Assembly: GCA_964291315.2 (NCBI GenBank)
Contig: OZ219753.1
Span: forward strand, 2,720,001-2,784,000
DNA length: 64,000 nucleotides
Origin: Candidatus Poribacteria bacterium
Lineage (GTDB): Bacteria; Poribacteria; WGA-4E; WGA-3G
Direction: 5' to 3'
Part shown: positions 48,409-58,105 of the stretch, in pieces
Layout: every line of letters begins with the position of its first letter
How positions within the stretch are numbered: position 1 is the stretch's first letter
Position numbers and translations under genes: made by a program
Notes under the pieces: model-generated
What the model saw: the letters and a program-made list of their open reading frames with translations, nothing else
Database searches by the model: none
What the model was told of the DNA's origin: nothing

Positions 48409-49446
48409 ATGTATAAAACAGCGATGTTAGGGTGCGGTGGTCGCGCCCGTGCCCATGCAGATGCGTATCGTTTCGTCAAAAACGGCAAACTTGCCGCAAT
48501 CTGTGATATGAATACCGAGCTTCTGAACAAATTCGGAGATGATTTCGGTATTTCTTCACGCTACAGCGATCTGGATGTGATGCTTGAAAAGGAAAAACCG
48601 GACGTGCTTCACATCGTTACGGCCCCGGTGTTGAGAGGTAGCAACGAGCGAATTCGCTATTCGCTCATGAAGCAAGCTTCTGACCACGGGGTGCCAGCAG
48701 CGATTATCGAAAAACCGATCGCTGTTGAAAGCGAAGATTGGCGGCAGATCGCAGGATTAGCGGAAGAAACGAAAACCAAGTTTGTCGTCAATACACAGCT
48801 TAACTTCCATCCGCAAAATCTGGAATTGAAGCGGGATGTTGCAGAGGGGCGCATTGGAGACATCAAGTTCATCGATGCGAGCGCACGCAGCACTCCGGTC
48901 GATCAAGGTCCACATGTGCTGCAATTGGTATCTTCCTATATTGACAATTCTCGGCCAACGCGGGTGCTGGGACAGATTTCGGGAAGCGAGCAGCTAGATT
49001 CGGCGCAACCGTCTCCGCAATATGCTAGTGCTCGCGTTCAGTACGAGAACGGGCTGCATGTGTCTGTTGCCTTTGGGACAGCGATCGCGCCAGCTGCGTC
49101 CGATGATCCTGGTATTTTTTGCCACAAACGCGTTTTTGTCATTGGAACGGATGGATTTGTGCATTGGCGGTTCAGCAATTGGGAGCGTTCAACCCGAGAG
49201 CGTGGCTACGAAAGCGGTCTGCTTAACTACGGAGAGCAGGATGTTGTGGCACAAGGGAACCTCACGGAGGCTGTTTTTGACTGGCTTGATAATGAGAGCA
49301 AGGTACATCCGACACACCTCAAGCAATCTCTTGCAGAGTTCAACCTCCTTTTGGGAATTTATTATAGCGGTATCACAAACGAGGTGATTGAGCTCCCGTT
49401 TGATCCACCCGATAAATTGATGGATTCGCTGAGAGCGAAGTTGTAG
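48409..49446 (+). CDS. Gfo/Idh/MocA oxidoreductase
   Basis: LGCGGRA, EKPIA, DQGPH. Confidence 0.85.
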   Translation: MYKTAMLGCGGRARAHADAYRFVKNGKLAAICDMNTELLNKFGDDFGISSRYSDLDVMLEKEKPDVLHIVTAPVLRGSNERIRYSLMKQASDHGVPAAIIEKPIAVESEDWRQIAGLAEETKTKFVVNTQLNFHPQNLELKRDVAEGRIGDIKFIDASARSTPVDQGPHVLQLVSSYIDNSRPTRVLGQISGSEQLDSAQPSPQYASARVQYENGLHVSVAFGTAIAPAASDDPGIFCHKRVFVIGTDGFVHWRFSNWERSTRERGYESGLLNYGEQDVVAQGNLTEAVFDWLDNESKVHPTHLKQSLAEFNLLLGIYYSGITNEVIELPFDPPDKLMDSLRAKL

Positions 49447-49566
49447 CCGGTGCTTTGTCCTTTCATTATTTAACCGAGAGGCGTTTGGACACCTTGTGTG
49501 GTGGAAGCTACTGATCGGTTGCGAGTAACGGCTGTAACAACTCCTAAACGGGCAGAGATGTTAATC

Positions 49567-49604
49567 CTAGGATGGAAACAGTGGAATGCCTGTTTCCGTC
49601 CTAG
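49567..49604. other. 15-bp intergenic hairpin
   Basis: CTAGGATGGAAACAG-N8-CTGTTTCCGTCCTAG (one G-U pair). Confidence 0.6.
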
Positions 49605-49779
49605 ACTCCTAAAAAGGAGATTTCTCAGGCTCCGTTTTACTACTAAGGAACTCAATAGAGAACCAATGACAATGGATGAGGTTAGCGCTTTATAGGAGCC
49701 GATAATAGTTTTCAACCGGTGGCATCCCGGCAAATCTGAAAACCTAACTTCTAATTTTTCCGTTTTAAAAATAAGGTGC

Positions 49780-49808
49780 TTAACACAGTGAATGTTTTAT
49801 GATATAGT
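49780..49808 (+). promoter_or_regulatory. Sigma70-type promoter upstream of the FGE gene
   Basis: TTAACA-17-TATAGT with extended TGn; AAGGAGAG RBS and ATG 49846 follow. Confidence 0.55.
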
Positions 49809-49967
49809 ATTAAAAAAGTATAGAACTTAAGGAGAGAAATAATCTATGAAAGTTTTAGACACTTATACTTCCGTTGAGATTTCGAGAGGGTTTAGCGAAG
49901 ATTTCCCTCCGCGGTGCCCTTTGCATCGGCTAAATTCTGTTGTCGGGTTATTTTTTAATAAGCATCA

Positions 49968-49975
49968 CCCCCCCC
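49968..49975 (+). repeat. C8 homopolymer tract, candidate phase-variation switch
   Basis: ORF from ATG 49846 stops 2 nt after the tract; one extra C joins it in frame to the 50043-51899 gene. Confidence 0.55.
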
Positions 49976-50042
49976 TTTAACTTCACAAATAACAAGCAAT
50001 AAATATACATCTGTGTATCTTCACAGAGAAAAGAAGCATAAA

Positions 50043-51899
50043 ATGAAAAGAACATTAGTGGTTTTTTCCGTGCTTGCCGCGTTTATGTTTGCAAGCGCCC
50101 CGTTCGCAGCGGCAGAATGGCAAGAGAACATGGTAACCAATAACACGCTTGAAGAGATCTATGTGATCAAGAGCACCTGGCAGGCAGCAGATGATAACAA
50201 AGGTATCCCTGCAGGGTTCTGGACGCGCGGCTCTTACCGGCTTGCTCCCGGGAAGTCTAGGATTTTCCATTCCTGGGACACCAACAGCATCTATTTCCGT
50301 ATTTCAAACGCACAGGGTGCGATAAAAGCGAACAGCGGCACGACGGCTTTTGCGTTCTGGTCTCATCCGGGTCGCTCCTTCCGCGTTGTCTCACAGACGT
50401 TCGATGCCTCTGTGACGACGGATCAGCTGCTCTACTCTGATCGTTCGCCGGGTCAGTTGGCTCAATTGGAGGGATTTGTCAGCTATACAGGCGGCTCGGC
50501 AGTGGTTGTCACTCCGACGTGGGTGTCGCTAGATGGACAGCCGACTGCTCCGCCGAATGACGAACTCGGAGACGATGGGGGTCGGCCTGGTGAAGATGTT
50601 GCGCCGCCTGCGTGGGTAGCGAGCGTGATAACAAATGCCACGGAAGCCGACCTATATGTAGTCTACGCGACGTGGAAGTTGGAGAACTCGAAGAAAGGGT
50701 ATCCGGAGGGATTTCGGACGCGCGGCACGTATCGCATTCGTTCAGGGAAGGGGCGCGTATTTCATGCCTGGGCGGATAACGAGATCTATTTTCGGATTGC
50801 CAATGCTGCGGGAGCGTTAAAACCGGAGGCGAGCTCGGAGACGTTTGGGTTCTGGTTGCATCCGAGTCGTTCGTTTCGGCTGGTCTCGGATCAGATTTCT
50901 GCGACTGTAGCCACGTCAAGCTTGAGTTACTCGGATCGTTCGGTGTCGAAGTTAGAGCGTTCGGATGGCTTTATGGTGTATGAGAGCGGTTCTGACGTGA
51001 CGGTGACTGCTGATTGGGTGCCGGTCTCTCCTGTTGAGGTCGGGAATAATGGTAACGGGAATGAGGGTGACGATGGCGCTCCACCGCCTCCCAAAACCCC
51101 AACCCCGCCAAAAACCCCAGTAGTTCCTGCAGGCATGGTGTTGATCCCTGCAGGCACCTTCCAGATGGGCAGCACTATAGGCGATGCAGATGAAAGCCCC
51201 GTCCACGCTGTGTCTTTAGACGCATTTTATATGGATACACACGAAGTGACAAACGCAGAATACGTCGCGTTTCTCAATGCGGCCAAATACACAGATATCC
51301 TTACTTATGCGGTTACCCCTCAGGCCAGTTGGGCACACATTGCATTAGTAGATGGTGTGTATCGTGCGAAGGCGGGGTATGCGAATCGTCCCGTTGTTCA
51401 TGTGAATTGGTATGGTGCGATGGCGTATGCTGCGTGGGCAGGAAAACGACTCCCCACCGAGGCAGAGTGGGAGTATGCCGCCCGAGGCGGGTTAGCTGGA
51501 AAGGAATATCCCTGGGGAAACACCATAGATAAAACCAAGGCGAACTATAACTATGATGACAGCTTCGGCGATGGTTTGACGGCAGTCGGTAGTTATCCGG
51601 CGAATGGGTATGGTCTGTATGATATGGTAGGTAATGTCTGGGAGTGGTGTCTGGATGCGTATGATAGGGAGTTCTATGCGAAATCTGCTGCCGAGAACCC
51701 GTTATCGGGTGGTTCCAGTATTCAGTGGTTATTAGATAACTACCCAGACCGCGCCTTGCGTGACACTTACCGCGTCTTGCGTGGCGGCTCCTGGCGCACT
51801 TCAGCCCAGGATGTGCGGGTCGCCCAACGCGTCTACAATGCGCCCAGTTTCTTGGGCCCCTTTAATGGGTTCCGTTGTGTGAAGTCAGTGTCTCCTTGA
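50043..51899 (+). CDS. Secreted protein: signal peptide, two ~140-aa beta-rich repeats, Pro-rich linker, FGE-sulfatase/CLec domain; putative DGR target
   Basis: MKRTLVVFSVLAAFMFASAPFAAA signal; TN.TE..IYV..TW...G.P.GF.TRG.YR repeats; FGE motifs without catalytic Cys. Confidence 0.85.
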   Translation: MKRTLVVFSVLAAFMFASAPFAAAEWQENMVTNNTLEEIYVIKSTWQAADDNKGIPAGFWTRGSYRLAPGKSRIFHSWDTNSIYFRISNAQGAIKANSGTTAFAFWSHPGRSFRVVSQTFDASVTTDQLLYSDRSPGQLAQLEGFVSYTGGSAVVVTPTWVSLDGQPTAPPNDELGDDGGRPGEDVAPPAWVASVITNATEADLYVVYATWKLENSKKGYPEGFRTRGTYRIRSGKGRVFHAWADNEIYFRIANAAGALKPEASSETFGFWLHPSRSFRLVSDQISATVATSSLSYSDRSVSKLERSDGFMVYESGSDVTVTADWVPVSPVEVGNNGNGNEGDDGAPPPPKTPTPPKTPVVPAGMVLIPAGTFQMGSTIGDADESPVHAVSLDAFYMDTHEVTNAEYVAFLNAAKYTDILTYAVTPQASWAHIALVDGVYRAKAGYANRPVVHVNWYGAMAYAAWAGKRLPTEAEWEYAARGGLAGKEYPWGNTIDKTKANYNYDDSFGDGLTAVGSYPANGYGLYDMVGNVWEWCLDAYDREFYAKSAAENPLSGGSSIQWLLDNYPDRALRDTYRVLRGGSWRTSAQDVRVAQRVYNAPSFLGPFNGFRCVKSVSP

Positions 51900-51915
51900 A
51901 GCTTTATTGCTGAAT

Positions 51916-52016
51916 GCGATTTATCTTGAGATAAATCGCTGAAAGGCACTAAAGATACAAACCAGGGCGTGATAGCGGTTAGGCTTTTGCTGACGGCTCT
52001 CACGCCCGTTTTTATT
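51916..52016 (+). terminator. Perfect palindrome followed by long terminator-like hairpin
   Basis: GCGATTTATCT-TG-AGATAAATCGC (51916-51939); GGGCGTGA...TCACGCCC (51965-52007) then GTTTTTATT. Confidence 0.7.
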
Positions 52017-52082
52017 GCTGGATACGCTAAATCTAGCGAATCATAGGTAAGGTTGACAAGCGTATCAAATCCAGATAAAATC

Positions 52083-52113
52083 GTTGACATCAGCGCTATA
52101 TGTCAACTATAAT
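52083..52113 (+). promoter_or_regulatory. rbsK promoter overlapped by an operator-like inverted repeat
   Basis: TTGACA-18-TATAAT; GTTGACAT-N9-ATGTCAAC with internal AGCGCT. Confidence 0.65.
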
Positions 52114-52146
52114 TGCCTAAAATCGTTAGAAAGATAGGTTTAAGTT

Positions 52147-53085
52147 GTGAAGAACAACGCAGCACCGAAAGTTGCGGTCGTTGGTAGTCTGAACATAGAT
52201 CTGGTCTGCTATGCAGCACGGTATCCTGAAAGAGGGGAAACGCTCATCGGCGATGCGTTCCATATTTTCACGGGTGGGAAAGGATTTAATCAGGCGACTG
52301 CTGCGGCGCGCCTGGGGGCTGATGTGGCGCTTGTCGGAAGTGTCGGCGTGGATACCTTCGGAGAGATGCTGCTCACAGCGACTGAAGACGAGCAGATTGA
52401 CAGCAGGTTTGTCAGAAAACGTGCCGATATTGGGACTGGTGTGGCGACGATCGTTGTAGAACCTGATGGTGACAATAGTATTATTGTAGTGCCGCGGGCG
52501 AACATGGCGCTAACGGTAGCAGACGTAGACGTTGCGGGGGATAGCATAGCGAACGCGGACGTGCTGCTTTTGCAGTTGGAAACGCCTATTGCAGCGTCTG
52601 AGCGTGCTGCAGCGATTGCGAAATCACACGGGACAACTGTGATATTAAATCCTGCACCTGCACAACCACTTCCTGATAGGCTATTGGCTTGTGTAGACAT
52701 TCTTACCCCGAACCAGTCTGAAACCCAATTACTGGCGCGGATGCAAGTAAGGAGTGATGAAGAGGCGTGCAATGCAGCATCGGTGTTACGTGCGCGTATG
52801 GCAGACACGGAAACATCTGCTGTCATCTTAACGCTTGGAGAACGCGGGGTCTTGATGTTAACAGCCACAACAACTGAAGTTGTTCCTGCACTCTCCGTTG
52901 AAGTTGTTGATACGACAGGTGCGGGTGATGCCTTTTGTGGGGCACTTGCAACGGCATTGGCGAGTGGTGAAACGCTGCATACAGCGGTTGCGTTTGCAAA
53001 CGCGGCAGGCGCAGCGGCGGTAACTGTTCCTGGGGCGACCCCCTCTATGCCGACACGCGCCGATGTCGAGCTTTTAATGTGCTAA
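52147..53085 (+). CDS. rbsK: Ribokinase
   Basis: VGSLNIDL, GGKGFNQA, LLQLE, NPAPA, DTTGAGDAFCG. Confidence 0.92.
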   Translation: MKNNAAPKVAVVGSLNIDLVCYAARYPERGETLIGDAFHIFTGGKGFNQATAAARLGADVALVGSVGVDTFGEMLLTATEDEQIDSRFVRKRADIGTGVATIVVEPDGDNSIIVVPRANMALTVADVDVAGDSIANADVLLLQLETPIAASERAAAIAKSHGTTVILNPAPAQPLPDRLLACVDILTPNQSETQLLARMQVRSDEEACNAASVLRARMADTETSAVILTLGERGVLMLTATTTEVVPALSVEVVDTTGAGDAFCGALATALASGETLHTAVAFANAAGAAAVTVPGATPSMPTRADVELLMC

Positions 53086-53134
53086 TATCAAAAACTGTAT
53101 CTTTGAGAGCATCAAGATCTGAGGGAAATAGACG

Positions 53135-56083
53135 ATGAAAAAAATGAGAAAAAAGATCTTCATTCTTATTGTGTTAATCACATGCTTATGGGGCAATACA
53201 ATCGCGACACGAACATTTTCAGCGGAAAAATGGGAATCGAAGATGAAAAAAGACTTCGCCAAGGTGCTGCGAGAGAAGAAACGTCCCGCGGAGAAACACC
53301 GGGATTTCATTCGCAAATGGCAGAAGGAGGGACGCCTTTCTCCGCTCCTGACGTTGTATGAAACGGAAAAGGAAGATCGTGCCCCGTCTTCTGCGGTAAT
53401 CGAGGCAGCATTCTACTACGGTTTGGGCTATACACACGCGCTTCATGCCACGGAGATCGGTGAAACACTTGAGACTGCGATTACGTACTTAAAACATGCC
53501 GTTGAAATTGATCAGGATCTGTTCTGGGCACACTTCAACCTGGGTGGTATCTACGAGCAGCTGGAAGAGAACGAGTTAGCACTTAGCGAGTTTGGGATCT
53601 GTGTTCGTCTGAATCCGAACTACTATCCGACTCACTATCGCATCGGTGAGGTGCATTTGAAGCAGCAGAATTATCCGGAGGCACTCTACGCTTTTGACGC
53701 AGCGCGTCAGTTAAATCGAAAATGGGAATATCCACAGTACGGTATCGGTTTGGTGCGGTTTGCACAAGGCGAGTTGGACCGTGCACGAGAAACATTTGAA
53801 AATCTCACGCAACGGAAGAGCAAGTTTGCGCCTGCCTACTTCAAGTTGGGGCAGGTTCTTGCTGCTCAGGGTTTTTTCGACGATGCCTTGGAAGAATATG
53901 CTAAGGGCGCGCGCTATGAGCCTTACTCAGCGGAGGTTGTTTACGAACTCGCTGCTATCTTCGATGAAAAAGGTAACACAACAGGGGCTATTAAGTTGTA
54001 TGAACGCACGCTTGAAATTGAGCCGACACATGGACAGGCGCATCTATCGCTCGGAGATAACCTCTACGCCGTGGGCGACACAACAGGAGCTTTACAACAT
54101 TACCGAGAGGCGCTTTCCTTAATGCCGCATATTAAAGAGGATTTTTTTGAACCGCTTGACCCTTATTTTGCCGGATTAATGACAGTCGATGAAGCACTGC
54201 CTATTTTAGAGAAAGCGATGTTCGTTTTGCCCAATGATCCGCGTTCCTACTTTTACGCGGGTAACCTTGAGACTGATGCGGGGAACATCGAGAAAGCTAT
54301 TGAACATTACAAAAAGACTGTTCAAATTATTGAAGCGGATGCAAGTTATTTGCAAATAGAACTTCCTCTGGGAAGCTTAAACGACGTTTATTTTAAGCTC
54401 GGGGAACTCTATCACCGGCAAGGCGACATAGAAGAAGCAGTCTTCCACTTTAAACGCGCTTTGGCATTAGATCCGACGTTAGCAAATAGATTTATGTTAG
54501 AAGGGCAGGCGGCTTTCGATGCGGGGAACTACGCGGCTGCTATTGAGCCTCTAAATATGCATCTGCTGCTGTTTCCGAAGGATGTTACGGCCCTGTATCT
54601 GTTAGGACAAAGCTACGAGGCTAACGGCAATACAGAGACTGCTCTTATCTTTTATGAGCGTACGTTGGCGTTGGATTCGGAGCGCCCGGATGTGCTTTTT
54701 AAGATGGTTCACATCTATCGAGGACGCGAGGCGCACCAAGAGGTCGTTGAGGTTTTAGAGAAAGTTATTGAGATAGCCCCTGACACGACTGAAGCCCACT
54801 ATCTATTGGCTCTCTCCTATCTCACGTTGTCAGAAACTGATGCTGCCCTTTCTGCGTTTCTTGCGACGGTTCGGCTGGATCCGGATGATGTGGCGGCGCA
54901 CTACCACGCCGCAATTCTATTTGAAGGGCAAGGTAAAATAGATAAAGCCGTTGAGCACTATGAAAAAACAGTAGCGCTTGATACGACTTTACTCGAAAAC
55001 GCTGAAGGGCGCAGCTTGCAAAGTCCGTTGCCAAACGTCGAAGTAACCGCGGCGGAACCCTTTTTCCGTCTTGGGGCGATCTATCGTGGGCGCAATGACG
55101 AAGATAACATTATCCGCGTCTACCAACCAGCGTTGGAAATTGAGCCTGCACATCCGGAACTGCATCACCTGCTGGCGGTTATCTTTGAAGAACGGGGGGA
55201 TCGCGAGAATGCTATTCGCTACTACGGATTGGCGAATCATTACAATCCGGAAACCTTCGAGTGGCGCTACAGTTATGCCCGTCTACTTGATCAGCATGCA
55301 GAAACCTTGGGGGATAGTTATCACAAACATGCCGAGATGGCAGTTAAGGAATACACGGCTACGATTGCTTTGAATCCAAATTATGTGGAGGCTTACTTCT
55401 ACCGCGGTCTGCTCACACTCCGCTACAAGCAGATCGGCGATACACTCTATCGCTATAGCCAAATTTTGGAGGATTTCAGACAGGTCACAGAGCTGCAGCC
55501 GAGACATCGTGAGGCGAACTATCAGCTGGGTATTCTTTACCTTGAAATAGATCAGCACAAGCTTGCGAAAAGGCTTTTTGAAAACATGCGCTCTTACGCT
55601 CCCAAATATAGGGGTATCCACATGCATTTAGGAATAATTGCAGAATGGGAGCAGGCGTGGAGCGAGGCGGTTCAGTACTACGAAGCGGAAGTCAAACTAA
55701 TTGAGGAGCCGGCGAAGGAAGATGATGACATCGCTGCAAGGACCTATCAACGTCTCGGTAACCTTTACTATGCCCACACGCTGGATTATAATATGGCAAA
55801 AGAGACATTAGAAAAAGCACTGGCTTTGGATGAAACACATGTCCCGACGCTCCTCAACTATGCAAACAACCTCTTCAGTATGGATTTACTTGGGGCAGCA
55901 ACAGAACAATTTGAACGGGTGATACAGCTTGAACCGCGCAACTTAACGGCGAACTACAATCTCGCGCTGATGTATGAATATCGAGAAAAGTACCAACAGG
56001 CGAAAACGCAATGGAAACGTTTTCTCGAACTGAACCCGCCTGAGCAGTGGAAAATTGAGGCAGAGAAGCATTTAGGTCAATAA
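53135..56083 (+). CDS. Large exported tetratricopeptide-repeat protein
   Basis: N-terminal signal/TM followed by many 34-aa TPR units. Confidence 0.9.
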   Translation: MKKMRKKIFILIVLITCLWGNTIATRTFSAEKWESKMKKDFAKVLREKKRPAEKHRDFIRKWQKEGRLSPLLTLYETEKEDRAPSSAVIEAAFYYGLGYTHALHATEIGETLETAITYLKHAVEIDQDLFWAHFNLGGIYEQLEENELALSEFGICVRLNPNYYPTHYRIGEVHLKQQNYPEALYAFDAARQLNRKWEYPQYGIGLVRFAQGELDRARETFENLTQRKSKFAPAYFKLGQVLAAQGFFDDALEEYAKGARYEPYSAEVVYELAAIFDEKGNTTGAIKLYERTLEIEPTHGQAHLSLGDNLYAVGDTTGALQHYREALSLMPHIKEDFFEPLDPYFAGLMTVDEALPILEKAMFVLPNDPRSYFYAGNLETDAGNIEKAIEHYKKTVQIIEADASYLQIELPLGSLNDVYFKLGELYHRQGDIEEAVFHFKRALALDPTLANRFMLEGQAAFDAGNYAAAIEPLNMHLLLFPKDVTALYLLGQSYEANGNTETALIFYERTLALDSERPDVLFKMVHIYRGREAHQEVVEVLEKVIEIAPDTTEAHYLLALSYLTLSETDAALSAFLATVRLDPDDVAAHYHAAILFEGQGKIDKAVEHYEKTVALDTTLLENAEGRSLQSPLPNVEVTAAEPFFRLGAIYRGRNDEDNIIRVYQPALEIEPAHPELHHLLAVIFEERGDRENAIRYYGLANHYNPETFEWRYSYARLLDQHAETLGDSYHKHAEMAVKEYTATIALNPNYVEAYFYRGLLTLRYKQIGDTLYRYSQILEDFRQVTELQPRHREANYQLGILYLEIDQHKLAKRLFENMRSYAPKYRGIHMHLGIIAEWEQAWSEAVQYYEAEVKLIEEPAKEDDDIAARTYQRLGNLYYAHTLDYNMAKETLEKALALDETHVPTLLNYANNLFSMDLLGAATEQFERVIQLEPRNLTANYNLALMYEYREKYQQAKTQWKRFLELNPPEQWKIEAEKHLGQ

Positions 56084-56091
56084 ATAAGACC

Positions 56092-56814
56092 ATGGATACC
56101 AACCTGACACAGGAGGCACTTCAGACGGCGTTTATTGGGTGCAGGATTGAGCATTACCTGCAAGTTGCTTCTACGCATGATAATGCTATTGCGCGTGGAA
56201 AAGCTGGGGCAGCAGAGGGTACTCTTATCATTGCAGAGCATCAAACCGCTGGACGTGGTAGATACGGCAGGAGATGGGAGGCGCCATCAGGGAAAAGTCT
56301 CCTTGTATCTATTGTGTTCAGGCATCGGTTGCTGCGCGACCAAGTTGCGCTCCCCAATCTGATCGGAGCAATTGCAATTGCACAGGCAATTCGTGCGACA
56401 CATGGCCTTGATGCCTGTATTAAAGTGCCTAACGATGTCCGTATAGAGAGAAAAAAGGTGGCAGGTGTGCTTACAGAACTAGCCTATGATGTCCAGGATC
56501 AGTCCTTTTTCGTCTTAGGTTTTGGTGTGAATGTTAATAGCACTTTGGCGGATTTTCCATCTGAACTCAGTGAAACTGCGACCTCTGTGCGGATAGCTGC
56601 CGGTTGTGTAGGTAATCAGAATGCGTTAATCTGTCGAACCACACTGCTACGAAGCATACTCTGTCAATTGGAAAAGGTCTACCTGCAACTAAAGGCCGGT
56701 AAGATAGATTTAATCATGCAGCAATCTGAGGCATTACAGGAAACCGTACCAAATGAAAGTGCTTATGAGTGCTTGTCTTTTAGGGGTGCGCTGTCGATAC
56801 GACGGCGGTCATAG
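56092..56814 (+). CDS. birA: Biotin-[acetyl-CoA carboxylase] ligase (no HTH domain)
   Basis: QTAGRGRYGRRW, IKVPNDV, KKVAGVL, GFGVNVN. Confidence 0.9.
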   Translation: MDTNLTQEALQTAFIGCRIEHYLQVASTHDNAIARGKAGAAEGTLIIAEHQTAGRGRYGRRWEAPSGKSLLVSIVFRHRLLRDQVALPNLIGAIAIAQAIRATHGLDACIKVPNDVRIERKKVAGVLTELAYDVQDQSFFVLGFGVNVNSTLADFPSELSETATSVRIAAGCVGNQNALICRTTLLRSILCQLEKVYLQLKAGKIDLIMQQSEALQETVPNESAYECLSFRGALSIRRRS

Positions 56815-57190
56815 TCGAAGCGAAACGGTGATGAGCTACGAGAAAGCGCATCGGTTAATTTCTGTCTGTCCAGAGCAAGCGGGCGGCTTGTCGACCCCCC
56901 GCCCGCCTGCGGAAATCGTTGGTGGTGACGGCGGTGCAGTCTTAGATGGCAAAGCAAAGGTTATGACTGTGGATGGCAGGGACGTAACAGAGGCATATTT
57001 GCGAGGCGCGTACCACACTTTAGCGGTTGCTCAATCGCAGGCGGTAACGCAGGTAATCCTCAAAGCGAGAAGTCCTGCCTGCGGTTGTGGGAACATCTAC
57101 GACGGCACTTTTTCGGGGACTCTCACGTCCGGTGACGGCGTGACTACTGCACTTCTGAAACGGCACGGTATCACCGTCACTTCTGTGTAG
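56753..57190 (+). CDS. DUF523 / 2-thiouracil desulfurase (TudS) family protein
   Basis: SACLLGVRCRYDG, VCPEQAGGLSTPRPP, KARSPACG, GDGVT. Confidence 0.9.
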   Translation: MKVLMSACLLGVRCRYDGGHSRSETVMSYEKAHRLISVCPEQAGGLSTPRPPAEIVGGDGGAVLDGKAKVMTVDGRDVTEAYLRGAYHTLAVAQSQAVTQVILKARSPACGCGNIYDGTFSGTLTSGDGVTTALLKRHGITVTSV

Positions 57191-57309
57191 TTCTGATGAG
57201 CGGAATTGGTTTGTAGCGCCCTCTAATAGTTTGGTGTACAACTTATACGGTTGACATGTGAAATGGTTCATTTAGTATGAATGAAGCGTTTAAGACTAAC
57301 CGGCGTTGT

Positions 57310-58101
57310 TCAAGAGACTAGACGGCGCACCTGCTCTCCAATATCGTGGCTTCGCATCAATGACTCACCGACAAGCATTGCGTGGACTCCTGCTTCTTGG
57401 AGCTTCGCAACGTCTTCCCGCGAGTAAATTCCACTTTCACTCACGACGATTTTGTCTGCCGGAATAGCTTCCTGCAGGCGGAAGGTTGTGGCGATGTCTG
57501 TATGAAAGGTGTGCAAGTCCCGGTTGTTTATACCGATCATTTGTGCATCGGCCTGCAATGCGATCGCCAATTCCTCTAGTGTATGTACCTCTACCAAAGC
57601 TGCCAAGGATAGCGAATTTGCGATCTCCATAAACTTCTGTAGCTGTGCCGGGGTCAATGCTGCGACAATCAGTAAGATTGCGTCTGCTCCGGCGGCACGC
57701 GCTTGATAGATATGATAGGGGTCAATCGTGAAATCTTTTCGCAGAAGCGGGAGATCAACGACGTTTCGAATTGTGCGTAGATGGTCGAGTTCGCCCGCGA
57801 AGAAACGTTTGTCTGTTAGGACAGAGATAGCAGCGGCGCCGTTTTCGCAGTAGGTTTTAGCGATGGATACTGGATGGAAATCTTCTCGAATGATGCCTTT
57901 ACTGGGCGATTTTTTCTTCACCTCTGCGATCAATTTGATGGGGGGATTTTTGGAGTGCGTGTTTTGGCCAACGAGCTGCCCCAGAAAGTCCCGCGTGGGT
58001 GGAAGGTTCTTGACTTCGGCCTTCAACTCCGTAAGGGGTACCTTCAATTGTTCAGCTGTTAGTTCCTTTTGTTTATGTGAGAGGATAGTGTCGAGTATCA
58101 A
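57310..58101 (-). CDS. trpC: Indole-3-glycerol phosphate synthase
   Basis: IAEVKKKSPSKG, LLRKDF, GINNRDL, VSESGI, LVGESLM. Confidence 0.95.
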   Translation of the reverse strand: MILDTILSHKQKELTAEQLKVPLTELKAEVKNLPPTRDFLGQLVGQNTHSKNPPIKLIAEVKKKSPSKGIIREDFHPVSIAKTYCENGAAAISVLTDKRFFAGELDHLRTIRNVVDLPLLRKDFTIDPYHIYQARAAGADAILLIVAALTPAQLQKFMEIANSLSLAALVEVHTLEELAIALQADAQMIGINNRDLHTFHTDIATTFRLQEAIPADKIVVSESGIYSREDVAKLQEAGVHAMLVGESLMRSHDIGEQVRRLVS

Positions 58102-58105
58102 TCCA

